Source: Microvirga sp.
Lineage (GTDB): Bacteria > Pseudomonadota > Alphaproteobacteria > Rhizobiales > Beijerinckiaceae
Assembly (NCBI GenBank): GCA_036562855.1
Contig: DATCJK010000008.1
Coordinates: 45,252-109,251, forward strand
Length of the DNA: 64,000 nt
Direction of reading: 5' to 3'
In this document: positions 1 to 8,466 of the stretch, one piece after another
Layout of the letters: each line of letters opens with the position of its first letter
Position numbering within the stretch: the first letter of the stretch is position 1
Position numbers and translations under genes: made by a program
The notes under the pieces: model-generated
Seen by the model: only the letters and a program-made list of their open reading frames with translations
The model's database searches: none
Told to the model about the DNA's origin: nothing

Positions 1-920
1 AGCCGAAGCCGCGCGGATCCCTGCGCGATCTCCTCACCTCGTTCTCCCGCTGGGCGAAGCTGTCCGAGACCGCCACGCAATCGGAGCTGGCCCAGACCGT
101 CCTGGAGGAATCCGGCTACACGGACATGTGGCAGAAGGACAAATCCGCCGATGCCGCCGGGCGTCTCGAGAACCTCAAGGAACTCGTGCGCTCCATGGAG
201 GAATTCCCGGACCTTCAGAGCTTCCTCGAACACGTCTCCCTCGTGATGGAGGCGAACGACAGCGACACCGCGGAGCGCGTGAGCCTCATGACGCTCCACG
301 CCGCCAAGGGCCTCGAGTTCGACACGGTCTTCCTGCCCGGCTGGGAGGAAGGCCTCTTCCCGAACCAGCGGGCGCTCGACGAGAGCGGCCGCGCGGGCCT
401 GGAGGAGGAGCGGCGCCTCGCCCATGTGGGCCTCACCCGCGCCCGCCGCCGGGCGAAGATCTATTTCGCCTCGAACCGACGCATCCATGGCATGTGGAAC
501 TCGACGTTGCCGAGCCGCTTCATCGACGACCTGCCCGAGGCGAACGTGGAGGTCATGGAGGCGCCCGCCAACTTCTCCTACGGGGGCTACGGGGGCGGCT
601 CGCGCTTCGACCGCATGGGAAGCTTCGGCGGCTCCACCTACCAGACGCCGGGCTGGCAGCGTGCCCAGACCCACGCGGCCGGCCGCGACCAGGAATTCTC
701 AGGACGGGGCGGCCGCCGCGGCGGCCCGCTCCTCATCGAGGGCGAACTCGTCGCAAAATCCAGCGGCCCCGCCTCCGCCTTCGCGACGGGCGGCCGCGTC
801 TTCCACACCAAGTTCGGCCCCGGCACCGTTGCGGCGGTGGACGGCAACAAGCTCACCGTCGATTTCGACAAGGCCGGGCGCAAGATGGTGCTGGATAGTT
901 TTGTCGAGGCGGTGGGGTAG
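1..920 (+). CDS. uvrD: UvrD/Rep-family ATP-dependent DNA helicase, C-terminal part (5' end lies upstream of the window)
   Basis: The reading frame is open from the window edge. The translation of 126..920 carries SF1 helicase C-terminal motifs (TLHAAKGLEFDTVFLPGWEEGLFP, VGLTRARRR) and a C-terminal FHTKFGPGTV...VDFDKAG tail. Confidence 0.9.
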   Translation, partial: PKPRGSLRDLLTSFSRWAKLSETATQSELAQTVLEESGYTDMWQKDKSADAAGRLENLKELVRSMEEFPDLQSFLEHVSLVMEANDSDTAERVSLMTLHAAKGLEFDTVFLPGWEEGLFPNQRALDESGRAGLEEERRLAHVGLTRARRRAKIYFASNRRIHGMWNSTLPSRFIDDLPEANVEVMEAPANFSYGGYGGGSRFDRMGSFGGSTYQTPGWQRAQTHAAGRDQEFSGRGGRRGGPLLIEGELVAKSSGPASAFATGGRVFHTKFGPGTVAAVDGNKLTVDFDKAGRKMVLDSFVEAVG

Positions 921-948
921 GCTCGCCGCCCCACGTGAGAGAATGCTC

Positions 949-1782
949 CTACTCCCGCACCGCCTCCTCCCACCCCTCCGGCGTGCAGCGCACGAGCCGT
1001 TGCGGCGTGGGGTTTCGCGAAGCCGGGGTGCGCTCGATGCTGTTGGGGTCGAGGATTGTGATGCGCTCCGTTGTCGGGAATTCGCGCCCTTCCGCCGAGC
1101 ACAGGTAGTTCGCCTCGTAGTCGCGGCCGGTCTGAAGGTTCGAGAGCACCTGTTGGGACGTGCAGGTGGAGCCCCGACTCTCGAAACGGCGGGGCGAGAT
1201 GATGAAGGCCGCTTCGTTGCCGGCGAGCGTGGGCGAGACCGCGTAGCGGCCCTGTCCGTCGCGCTGGAAGGCGCGCTCGCAGGCAGTGGCGGTGGAGGCC
1301 CAGAAGCCACGCGCCTTGTCGAGGGCTGTCGCGTTCTCCCGGGCGAAGCGCTCCTGCTCGGCCCGGAAGGCCGCAAGGTCCTTGAGGCCCGACGCCTCGC
1401 AGCGCTTCACAGGCACCAGGTTGCGGTCGATCTCGATCTGGAAGCGGCCGTTGAGCTCGCGCATGGAGAACTTCTGCCGGCGGGTGCGGCGGCCGAAATC
1501 GCAGCGGCCCGTGAAGGTCGCGTCGGGACCGCGCACGGTGTATTCGCGCACGGCGCACAGATACTCGTTGTTCGAGATGCTGGTGGGATTGATGATGAAG
1601 GCCGGCAGCGGCCCTCGGCCCTCGGCGCCGAAGACGATGCGGCCGTTGTCGCTGGCGAAGATGCGCCCGCATTCCTCGGTGTCGAGCACCCAGGCCCCAT
1701 AAATCCCGAGCAGCGCCTGCTGCGCAACCGCGGGCTGGAGCCCGAGGAGCAGACCAAGCCCGATCCAAGCCATAAACCTCAT
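949..1782 (-). CDS. Exported hypothetical protein made of two tandem ~100-aa four-cysteine modules
   Basis: 277-aa ORF with an N-terminal signal peptide (MRFMAWIGLGLLLGLQPAVAQQ). Two internally similar halves share G-x-W...C-x-R-x-F...AFII-x-P...C...C...LV-x-x-(K/R)-(R)-C. I recognise no family. Confidence 0.7.
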   Translation of the reverse strand: MRFMAWIGLGLLLGLQPAVAQQALLGIYGAWVLDTEECGRIFASDNGRIVFGAEGRGPLPAFIINPTSISNNEYLCAVREYTVRGPDATFTGRCDFGRRTRRQKFSMRELNGRFQIEIDRNLVPVKRCEASGLKDLAAFRAEQERFARENATALDKARGFWASTATACERAFQRDGQGRYAVSPTLAGNEAAFIISPRRFESRGSTCTSQQVLSNLQTGRDYEANYLCSAEGREFPTTERITILDPNSIERTPASRNPTPQRLVRCTPEGWEEAVRE

Positions 1783-1813
1783 GCGCCGTCCCGCCTAACC
1801 TTGACCGTGGGAC

Positions 1814-1838
1814 AACGCCAAGGCCGACGTTCGGTTGC
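1814..1838 (-). promoter_or_regulatory. Near-match to an EcfG-type general-stress promoter (GCAAC-N16-CGTT) upstream of the exported protein
   Basis: On the minus strand, GCAAC (1838..1834), a 16-nt spacer, then CGTT (1817..1814). There is one mismatch in the -35 element, and the site lies about 32 nt upstream of the ATG at 1782. Confidence 0.3.
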
Positions 1839-1858
1839 GGAAGCGGAATCACGTGAGC

Positions 1859-1885
1859 GTCATCCCGGGGCAGCCCCGGGATGAC
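1859..1885 (-). terminator. Perfect 12-bp stem / 3-nt loop hairpin just downstream of the Mn catalase stop
   Basis: gtcatcccgggg-cag-ccccgggatgac. The hairpin starts 19 nt after the catalase stop codon. There is no clear U-tract, so this may be a terminator or only an RNA-stability hairpin. Confidence 0.4.
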
Positions 1886-1903
1886 GGCAGGGGCGGAGGC
1901 CCG

Positions 1904-2782
1904 TCAGGAGGCGGCCGGCGGCACCGGCTTTGGCGGGGTCCCGTAGGTGCGGGGATCGACCGGATTGAGGTTGCCCTCGTCCTCCGCGTAGGCGGCGGCG
2001 CCGTCCACATAGGTGAACTCGCCCTTGCCGTCCGGCGACGGGCCCTTGGCCCATCGGCCCTGGCGGCTCTCGTCGCCCTCGGAATGGTTGAGGAACTGGT
2101 AGGCGACCTCGCCCTTCTCCAGGTTCTGCGGGAAGTTCGACGGCACCGGCGTCGTCTCGAGCCCGTCCTCCTCGAGCTCCTTGATGGCCGCCATCCACTG
2201 GTTCTGGTGCATGGTGTCCCGGGCGATGAGGAAGGACAGCATGTCCCGCACACCCGTGTCGTTCGTCATGTTGTAGAGGCGGCAGACCTGGAGCCGGCCC
2301 TGGCTCTCCGCCGTGAGGTTGAAGCGGAAATCCGCGAGCAGGTTGCCGCTCGCCGTCATGAAGCCCGCGTTCCACAGGTTGCCGGCGCTGTCCACCGGCC
2401 GTGCGCCGAGCCCCGCGACGATCATGTGCTGCGGGTTCATGCCGGCCACGAGCACGTCCTCGAGCCGCGAGCCGCCCATGATGGCGCCGATGGCGGAGTT
2501 CTTGGCCGCATCCTCCTGCGCCTCGACGGGCGAGGTTTCGAGGAGGCGGGCGATCATGGTCGCCAGCATCTCCACATGGCCGATCTCCTCCGTACCGATG
2601 TCGAGGAGCATGTCGCGGTATTTCTGCGGACCGCGGCAGCCCCAGCCCTGGAAGAGATACGTCATCATCACGCTGATCTCGCCCCACTGCCCGCCGAGCG
2701 GTTCCTGCAGCATCTTGGCGAAGATCGGATCGGGCCGCTCGGGCTTGGCGTGGTAGGCCATGACGCGTTGGCGTGAGAACAT
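1904..2782 (-). CDS. Manganese (non-haem) catalase
   Basis: The translation from MFSRQRVMAYHAKPERPDPIFAKMLQEPLGGQWGEISVMMTYLFQGW...IGTEEIGHVEMLATMI matches the Mn-catalase di-metal helix pattern. I chose the start at 2782 because of an AGGAGC Shine-Dalgarno (SD) sequence 6 nt upstream. The ORF-track start at 2899 adds 39 implausible residues. Confidence 0.9.
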   Translation of the reverse strand: MFSRQRVMAYHAKPERPDPIFAKMLQEPLGGQWGEISVMMTYLFQGWGCRGPQKYRDMLLDIGTEEIGHVEMLATMIARLLETSPVEAQEDAAKNSAIGAIMGGSRLEDVLVAGMNPQHMIVAGLGARPVDSAGNLWNAGFMTASGNLLADFRFNLTAESQGRLQVCRLYNMTNDTGVRDMLSFLIARDTMHQNQWMAAIKELEEDGLETTPVPSNFPQNLEKGEVAYQFLNHSEGDESRQGRWAKGPSPDGKGEFTYVDGAAAYAEDEGNLNPVDPRTYGTPPKPVPPAAS

Positions 2783-2837
2783 GGGTGGCTCCTGTGCTTG
2801 GGGGACCGACCCCGCAAGCCCGCGGGGGTCGCATGCC

Positions 2838-2862
2838 AACAAGAGCGGCGCCGTCATGTTCC
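2838..2862 (-). promoter_or_regulatory. Near-match to an EcfG-type promoter (GGAAC-N16-TGTT) upstream of the Mn catalase
   Basis: On the minus strand, GGAAC (2862..2858), a 16-nt spacer, then TGTT (2841..2838). There is one mismatch in the -10 element, and the site lies about 56 nt upstream of the ATG at 2782. Confidence 0.35.
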
Positions 2863-2955
2863 TAACGCCAAGGTTGCGCCGTTCGCGCCACGCGTTCACG
2901 GACGCGTCAGACGCATGCCCCTCACGCGACGCGACGCCGCGCCGTCGCGGACGCC

Positions 2956-3831
2956 TCAGGTCAGCGTCTCGTAATCCTTGTTCTTCAAGCCGTCATGGGC
3001 GTGGCGCGTGGGCAGCTTGCCTGCGGGCGGCGTCGTGAAATGCGAGGAGGCCTTGTCGCCCACGGGCCCCTTTGCGATCGTCACGCCGCCATCGACCGCA
3101 TAGAGTGCGCCGGTCACGTAGGAGGCCTCGTCGGAGGCAAGGAAGCAGAACACGTTCGCCACCTCCTCCGGGGTGCCGCGCCGGCCCATGGGCGTCGCCT
3201 GCACCATCATGGTCTCCATTTCCCGGTCCATGGGGCCCGTGGATTTGTGGGTCCAGGCCGTGTCGATGGGGCCGGGGCAGACGCAGTTCGCACGCACCCC
3301 ATGGGCAGCCTGCTCCACCGCGATGCCGCGCATGAAGGAATGGATGAAGGCCTTGGTGCCGCCGTACATGGCGTTCTTGCCGATGCCGATCATGCCGGCC
3401 TCGGAGCCCGTGGAGACGATGTTGCCGTAGGTCTTGTGAAGATGCGGCAGTGCGAACTTCGTCATGAGGAACACCGAACGCACATTGGCGCGCAGGGTCT
3501 CGTCGAACTTGTCGATCGGGTAATCCTGCGTCTCGGCCGCCACCAGGAACTGACCCGCATTGTTCACGAGCACGTCGAGGCGCCCATAGGCGCTCACGCA
3601 GGCTTCCACGGCAGCTTGCGCATGCCGCTCCTCGGCGATGTCGCCAAGATAGACCTCCGCGAAGCCCCCGGCGCCGTTGATCATGCGCGCCACGTCCTCC
3701 ACCGGATCGCCCGGGAGGCCAACGAGGAAGAGCCGCGCGCCCTCCTTGGCGAATTTGAGGGCAATCGCCTCGCCGATGCCGGTGCCGGCACCGGTGACGA
3801 GAGCAACCTTGTCGAACAAGCGGCCAGGCAT
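2956..3831 (-). CDS. Short-chain dehydrogenase/reductase (SDR) family oxidoreductase
   Basis: Contains the TGAGTGIG Rossmann motif, NNAG, and the catalytic S...YGGTK pattern. I chose the start at 3831 (MPGRLFDKVALVTG) because of a GGAGGT SD sequence. Confidence 0.9.
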   Translation of the reverse strand: MPGRLFDKVALVTGAGTGIGEAIALKFAKEGARLFLVGLPGDPVEDVARMINGAGGFAEVYLGDIAEERHAQAAVEACVSAYGRLDVLVNNAGQFLVAAETQDYPIDKFDETLRANVRSVFLMTKFALPHLHKTYGNIVSTGSEAGMIGIGKNAMYGGTKAFIHSFMRGIAVEQAAHGVRANCVCPGPIDTAWTHKSTGPMDREMETMMVQATPMGRRGTPEEVANVFCFLASDEASYVTGALYAVDGGVTIAKGPVGDKASSHFTTPPAGKLPTRHAHDGLKNKDYETLT

Positions 3832-3871
3832 GGGAGACCTCCAGGAAGCGCCGTCTTCAAACCCTGGCTCC

Positions 3872-3896
3872 AACGGATGGTGCGGCAGGGGGTTCC
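3872..3896 (-). promoter_or_regulatory. Perfect EcfG-type general-stress-response promoter (GGAAC-N16-CGTT) upstream of the SDR gene
   Basis: On the minus strand, GGAAC (3896..3892), the spacer CCCCTGCCGCACCATC, then CGTT (3875..3872). The -10 element lies 41 nt upstream of the ATG at 3831. Confidence 0.6.
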
Positions 3897-3970
3897 GGCC
3901 TGGCCTTCACGACCTCGCGCGAGCGGAACCCGGGGTGGCCGCGCGGCGCCCATGATGCTAAGCGGCTCTT

Positions 3971-4888
3971 ATGCTCGAAGGCCTGCACCCCAACCGCCCC
4001 ACCCATGTGATGCGCCTCACCACGGATGAGCGCTCCGCCCGGGCCATGACCGACCTCATCGGCGAGATCTTCGATCCGGCCGAGACGGCGGTCGCGGCCT
4101 TCGAGACGGAGGATGGGGGGCCCTGGCTGCTCGAAGCCTATTTCGCGCGGGAGCCCGACGAGGACGCGATCCGCGAGCTCGTCCGGCCATTGGTGGGCGC
4201 CGAAGCCGACCGGGCGGTGTTCATGCCCCTGGAGCAGCAGGATTGGGTGAAGGCCTCCCTGGAGGGCCTCAACCCCGTGCGGGCCGGCCGCATCCTCGTT
4301 CACGGGTCCCACGACCGGGACCAGCGCCGGCCGAACGACATGGCCATCGAGATCGAAGCGGCGCTCGCCTTCGGCACCGGCCACCACGGCACCACCAAGG
4401 GGTGCCTGCTCGCGTTCGTGGACGAGATGAAGCGGCGCCCTCCGCGGCGGGTCCTCGATGTGGGCACCGGGACCGGCATCCTCGGCTTTGCGGCCGCCAA
4501 GATCCTGAAGCGGCCGGTGGTGGCAGGCGATATCGACCCGGAAGCGGTGCGCGTGGCGCGGGACAATGCCCGCCTCAACGGGATCGGCGGGCTGATGCGG
4601 CTCTATGTGGGGCCGGGCGTCCGCAGCCCCCTCGCCGACCGGCGGCGCCGGTTCGATCTGGTCTTCGCCAACATCCTGGCAAAGCCCCTGCGCCTTCTCG
4701 CGCCGAGCCTGTCGCGCGTGGCGTCCCGGAACGGTACCCTCGTCCTGTCGGGGCTCCTCGCCCACGACGTGGCGGGCGTGCTGTCGGCCTACGCGGCTCA
4801 GGGGTGGCGCCTGCAGCGCCGCTACGACCTGGAGGGCTGGGCGGCGCTGGTGCTGAAGCGCGGCGGCGCCGCCCCGCGCCGCCGCTAG
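3971..4888 (+). CDS. prmA: Ribosomal protein L11 methyltransferase
   Basis: Contains the PrmA pattern IEIEAALAFGTGHHGTTKGCL...VLDVGTGTGILGFAAAK...GDIDPEAV. An alternative start exists at 4010 (MRLTT). Confidence 0.9.
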   Translation: MLEGLHPNRPTHVMRLTTDERSARAMTDLIGEIFDPAETAVAAFETEDGGPWLLEAYFAREPDEDAIRELVRPLVGAEADRAVFMPLEQQDWVKASLEGLNPVRAGRILVHGSHDRDQRRPNDMAIEIEAALAFGTGHHGTTKGCLLAFVDEMKRRPPRRVLDVGTGTGILGFAAAKILKRPVVAGDIDPEAVRVARDNARLNGIGGLMRLYVGPGVRSPLADRRRRFDLVFANILAKPLRLLAPSLSRVASRNGTLVLSGLLAHDVAGVLSAYAAQGWRLQRRYDLEGWAALVLKRGGAAPRRR

Positions 4889-4895
4889 ACGGCGT

Positions 4896-5000
4896 TCAGT
4901 TCTCGAGGGCGTTCGGATAAAGCCGCGCGAGCTTGCGGCGCAGACGGGCCGCCTCGCCCACGATCTCGCGGACGAAACGAAGTGCGGTGAGAATGATCAT
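4896..5000 (-). CDS. 34-codon small ORF (MIILTALRFVREIVGEAARLRRKLARLYPNALEN), in frame with and 9 nt downstream of the 74-aa ORF
   Basis: This ORF is below the ORF-track size cutoff and was found by hand translation. The ATG at 5000..4998 is preceded by GAGAGG with 5-nt spacing. The stop is at 4898..4896, 7 nt from the convergent prmA stop. Confidence 0.35.
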   Translation of the reverse strand: MIILTALRFVREIVGEAARLRRKLARLYPNALEN

Positions 5001-5009
5001 CGGAGCCTC

Positions 5010-5234
5010 TCAGGCGTTGAACGGCAGCAGATCGGCCTCGTTCAGGCTGATCCGGCGGTAGGGACCGTGGATGAGCGAGGTCTCGTGGATGGTGATGTCG
5101 TGGCGGCGAAGCTCGGCCTGCGCTGCCCGGACGCGGCTCGATACGAGCGCATTCACGAAGCGCTTCACGCCGAGCGGCAGGGCAAACGACGGGCGGATTT
5201 CCGCGGCGGCGGGAATGACGGCACTGGTGGCCAT
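5010..5234 (-). CDS. 74-aa hypothetical protein
   Basis: The ORF has a strong AGGAGA SD sequence 7 nt upstream of the ATG at 5234. I recognise no family. It ends in a TGA that is in frame with the following 34-codon ORF. Confidence 0.55.
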   Translation of the reverse strand: MATSAVIPAAAEIRPSFALPLGVKRFVNALVSSRVRAAQAELRRHDITIHETSLIHGPYRRISLNEADLLPFNA

Positions 5235-5563
5235 AGGTCCATCTCCTGGATGTTCGAGACGACCCTTCGGCGTTCCTCTTTTATCGTTGAATGAAACATG
5301 GGATCGGCGCCCCGTTTCCGTTAGAAGCGCGGCCGCATGGAAGCCATGCTCGTGGAGCAGACCTTGCTGACGAAACCTTAATCAACTGGCGCGCGACGCA
5401 TGACTGATCCCTCGCTCTCAGGGCAGCTGGGCAGGCCGATCACGCCGGTTGCAGGCTGCCGCAGCCCCTTTTAAGCAAAGGATGAACGGCCGTTTCCGGC
5501 CGTCCGAATCCAGCCTCCGACCCGCGGCCTACATCCGCCGCCCCACCTCCTCGCAAGGTTCCC

Positions 5564-7384
5564 ATGGCCCGTTTCCAGACCTTCGACAGCTCCACCTCCC
5601 CGTCCCAGGGACCCACGCGCATCGCGAAGCTCCGGGAGGAGCTGATGCGGCGCGGGCTGTCCGGGTTCGTGGTGCCGCGCGCCGACGAGCACCAGTCTGA
5701 ATACGTGCCGAAGAACGCGGAGCGGCTCGCCTGGCTCACGGGCTTCACGGGGTCGGCCGGCACCGCCATCGTGTTCACCGACAAGGCGGCGCTGGTGGTG
5801 GACGGCCGCTACACGGTGCAGGTCAGGGAGCAGATCGACACCTCTGTGATCACCCCGGTTCCCCTTGCCGAAACGAGCCCTGAGGACTGGATCGCCCAGA
5901 ACCTGCCCCCGGACGGTGCCCTTGCCTACGACCCCTGGCTCCATACCCGGGACGGGCTCAAGCGCCTCGAAGGCGCGGTCGCGAAAGCCGGCGGCACCCT
6001 GGTGCCCGTCGACATCAACCTCGTGGACGTGATCTGGGTCGACCGTCCCGCGGCTCCCGCCGCGCCGGTGCGTCCGCATCCGGTGGAGCGTGCCGGCGAG
6101 ACGGTCGAGGCGAAACTCGACCGCGTCCGCCGCAAGCTCGCGGAGGCCAAGGTCGATGCGCTTGTGGTCTCGGACCCGCATAACCTCGCCTGGGCCTTCA
6201 ACCTGCGCGGCGGCGATGTGGGCCACACGCCCCTTCCCTTCGGCTACGGCGTGATCCCTCGCGAGGGGCAGCCGAGCCTCTATCTCGATCCCGTCAAGGT
6301 GACGAACGAGGCCGGCGCCGCCATCGGCCATCTCGCGGACCTCAAGGAGCCCGCCGCCTTCCAGGCGAGCCTGGAGGACCTTGCGCGCGGAGGCGCCGCG
6401 ATCCGCTTCGACCAGACCACGGCGGCCGTGGCGCTCGTGCGGCGGGTCGAGGCGGCGGGCGGCAAGGCCGATGTGGGGGCCGACCCGATCAGCCTCATGA
6501 AGGCCGTGAAGAACGAGGCCGAGATCGCGGGCTCCCGGGCCGCGCACCGGCGCGACGGCGTCGCCGTCACCCGCTTCCTGGCCTGGCTCGACCGCGAGGC
6601 GCCCTCAGGAAAGCTCACCGAGATCGACGCCGTGGAGGCGCTCGAAGGCTTCCGGGTCGAAACGGGCGTGCTCAAGGACGTGTCGTTCCCGAGCATCTCG
6701 GGCGCCGGCCCCAACGCCGCCCTGCCCCATTACCGGGTGACGAAGGAGAGCAACCGGCCCATCGAGCCCGGACAGATCTTCCTCATCGATTCCGGCGCGC
6801 AATACGAGGACGGCACCACGGACATCACCCGCACGGTGATCGTCGGCGAGCCGACGCCCGAGATGCGCGACCGTTACACGCGGGTGCTCAAGGGCCATAT
6901 CGCCATTGCCCGCGCGGTCTTTCCCAAAGGGACCACGGGCGCGCAGATCGACGCCTTCGCCCGCCAGCCGCTCTGGGAGGCGGGGCTCGATTTCGACCAC
7001 GGCACCGGGCACGGAATCGGCAGCTATCTCTCGGTTCACGAGGGACCGCAGCGGATCGCCAAGACCGGCCACACGCCGCTGGAGATCGGCATGATGCTGT
7101 CGAACGAGCCGGGCTTCTACAAGGAGGGCGATTACGGCATCCGGATCGAGAACCTGATCCTCGTGGAGCGCCGCACGATGCCCGGCGGCGACCGGGAGAT
7201 GATGGGCTTCGAGACCCTCACCTTCGCGCCCATCGACACCCGCCTCGTGGAGCGCAGCCTCATGAATGCGGACGAGGTCGCCTGGCTCGACGGCTACCAC
7301 GCCAAGGTGCGCGAGCTTCTCGCGCCGGATCTCGACGCAGAGACGCGGGCTTGGCTCGAGGCGGCGACGCGGCCGCTCGGCTGA
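5564..7384 (+). CDS. Xaa-Pro aminopeptidase (M24B, aminopeptidase P family, three-domain form)
   Basis: 606 aa. It has creatinase/prolidase-type N-terminal domains and an M24 catalytic core (DSGAQYEDGTTDITRT, HGTGHGIGSYLSVHE, SNEPGFY, IRIEN). Confidence 0.92.
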   Translation: MARFQTFDSSTSPSQGPTRIAKLREELMRRGLSGFVVPRADEHQSEYVPKNAERLAWLTGFTGSAGTAIVFTDKAALVVDGRYTVQVREQIDTSVITPVPLAETSPEDWIAQNLPPDGALAYDPWLHTRDGLKRLEGAVAKAGGTLVPVDINLVDVIWVDRPAAPAAPVRPHPVERAGETVEAKLDRVRRKLAEAKVDALVVSDPHNLAWAFNLRGGDVGHTPLPFGYGVIPREGQPSLYLDPVKVTNEAGAAIGHLADLKEPAAFQASLEDLARGGAAIRFDQTTAAVALVRRVEAAGGKADVGADPISLMKAVKNEAEIAGSRAAHRRDGVAVTRFLAWLDREAPSGKLTEIDAVEALEGFRVETGVLKDVSFPSISGAGPNAALPHYRVTKESNRPIEPGQIFLIDSGAQYEDGTTDITRTVIVGEPTPEMRDRYTRVLKGHIAIARAVFPKGTTGAQIDAFARQPLWEAGLDFDHGTGHGIGSYLSVHEGPQRIAKTGHTPLEIGMMLSNEPGFYKEGDYGIRIENLILVERRTMPGGDREMMGFETLTFAPIDTRLVERSLMNADEVAWLDGYHAKVRELLAPDLDAETRAWLEAATRPLG

Positions 7385-7390
7385 TCGCCG

Positions 7391-7693
7391 TCAGCCCAGG
7401 ACCGCCCTCAGCCCCACCACGGCGACGACGCCGATGGCGATGGTCGCGAGAAGCGGCAGGCGCGTCGCGGCCACCATGGTGATCGCGGCCGCGAGCGTCT
7501 CGGGTACGCCCGTGGTCAGGGCGGTCGGGGCGATCACGGCGACGAGCACCGCTGGCGGGATCGCGTCGAAGGCCGCCTTGGCGCGGCCCTCGAGCACGAG
7601 GCGATCCGCCACCAGAAGGCCGGCGATGCGGGTGAGGTAGGTCACCACGGCCATCGCCACGATGGCCGCGAACGTGGTGGGATCCAGGTTCAT
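7391..7693 (-). CDS. azlD: AzlD-family branched-chain amino-acid export accessory protein
   Basis: A 100-aa hydrophobic protein (MNLDPTTFAAIVAMAVVTYLTRIAGLL...). Its ATG overlaps the azlC stop (ATGA). Confidence 0.85.
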   Translation of the reverse strand: MNLDPTTFAAIVAMAVVTYLTRIAGLLVADRLVLEGRAKAAFDAIPPAVLVAVIAPTALTTGVPETLAAAITMVAATRLPLLATIAIGVVAVVGLRAVLG

Positions 7694-8409
7694 GGGGCCG
7701 CCTCCGGACCGGCCGCCAGATAGGCCGCCGCGATGCCGGCCAGCGCTCCCGAGGCCACATGCCAGGGGGAGCCGACCAGGGTGTGGACGAGCGCGGCGAC
7801 GGCAGCGCTGACCGCGACGGTCACGAGGGTCACCCGCGCCTGCCCGAAACCCGCGATGAGGCCAATGAAAAGCGCCGTGAAGGCGAAGTCCGCGCCGAGC
7901 CGCGCCGGGTCGCCCAGGAACGAGCCGAGCACGGAGCCGGCCGCCGTGGCGCCGATCCAGGCGAACGGCAGGATCACGGCCATGGCGAACCAGTAGGCAA
8001 CGGTGACCGGCCGGTCGAGGGAGCGGCGCTCCGCGAGGGCCCAGGACTCGTCCGTGAGGAAGAAGAAGCCCAGGAACTTCTGGAGCTTCGAGGCACGGAA
8101 TTTCGGCCCGAGCGAGGCTCCCATGAGCACGTGGCGGGCGTTGATGAGCAGCGTCGCGAAGGCGAGCGCCGCCACGGGCGCCGGATGGACCCAGGTCTCG
8201 ATCGCCGCGAACTGCGCCCCGCCCGCGAAGACGAGAAGGGACATGAGCGTCACCTCCAGGGGCGACAGCCCCTTGGCGACCGCGATGGCGCCGAAGAGAA
8301 GGCCGATCGGCACCGCCGCGATGGCCGCCGGGGCCACGTCCCTCACCCCTGCCCGGGCATCGGCCCAGCGGTCGCTGTGATGGGGATTCATCTGTTCCAT
8401 GCATCTCAC
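7690..8409 (-). CDS. azlC: AzlC-family branched-chain amino-acid transport protein
   Basis: A 239-aa polytopic membrane protein with AzlC-type motifs (LVFAGGAQFAA, LINARHVLMG, FFLTDESWA). Confidence 0.88.
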   Translation of the reverse strand: MRCMEQMNPHHSDRWADARAGVRDVAPAAIAAVPIGLLFGAIAVAKGLSPLEVTLMSLLVFAGGAQFAAIETWVHPAPVAALAFATLLINARHVLMGASLGPKFRASKLQKFLGFFFLTDESWALAERRSLDRPVTVAYWFAMAVILPFAWIGATAAGSVLGSFLGDPARLGADFAFTALFIGLIAGFGQARVTLVTVAVSAAVAALVHTLVGSPWHVASGALAGIAAAYLAAGPEAAP

Positions 8410-8466
8410 CTCGCGGGCCTTGTGCCAGCGTGGATCGGCGGCGTCTTGGATGAGAGTGCGGCTCCG

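Noticed and set aside
424-1884. A 486-aa plus-strand ORF, and 404-aa and 225-aa minus-strand ORFs, spanning the uvrD end and the exported-protein gene.
   Set aside because: They are out of frame with the well-supported uvrD and signal-peptide ORFs, their composition is dominated by R/A/P/S, and they have no start-site signals.
5010-5012. Selenocysteine recoding of the in-frame TGA between the 74- and 34-codon ORFs.
   Set aside because: I see no convincing SECIS-like stem-loop in the 40 nt downstream; only a weak 5-bp UGAGA/UCUCA pairing is present. The spacer also looks like an ordinary SD-ATG restart signal. The locus is kept as a finding, but not as a selenoprotein claim.
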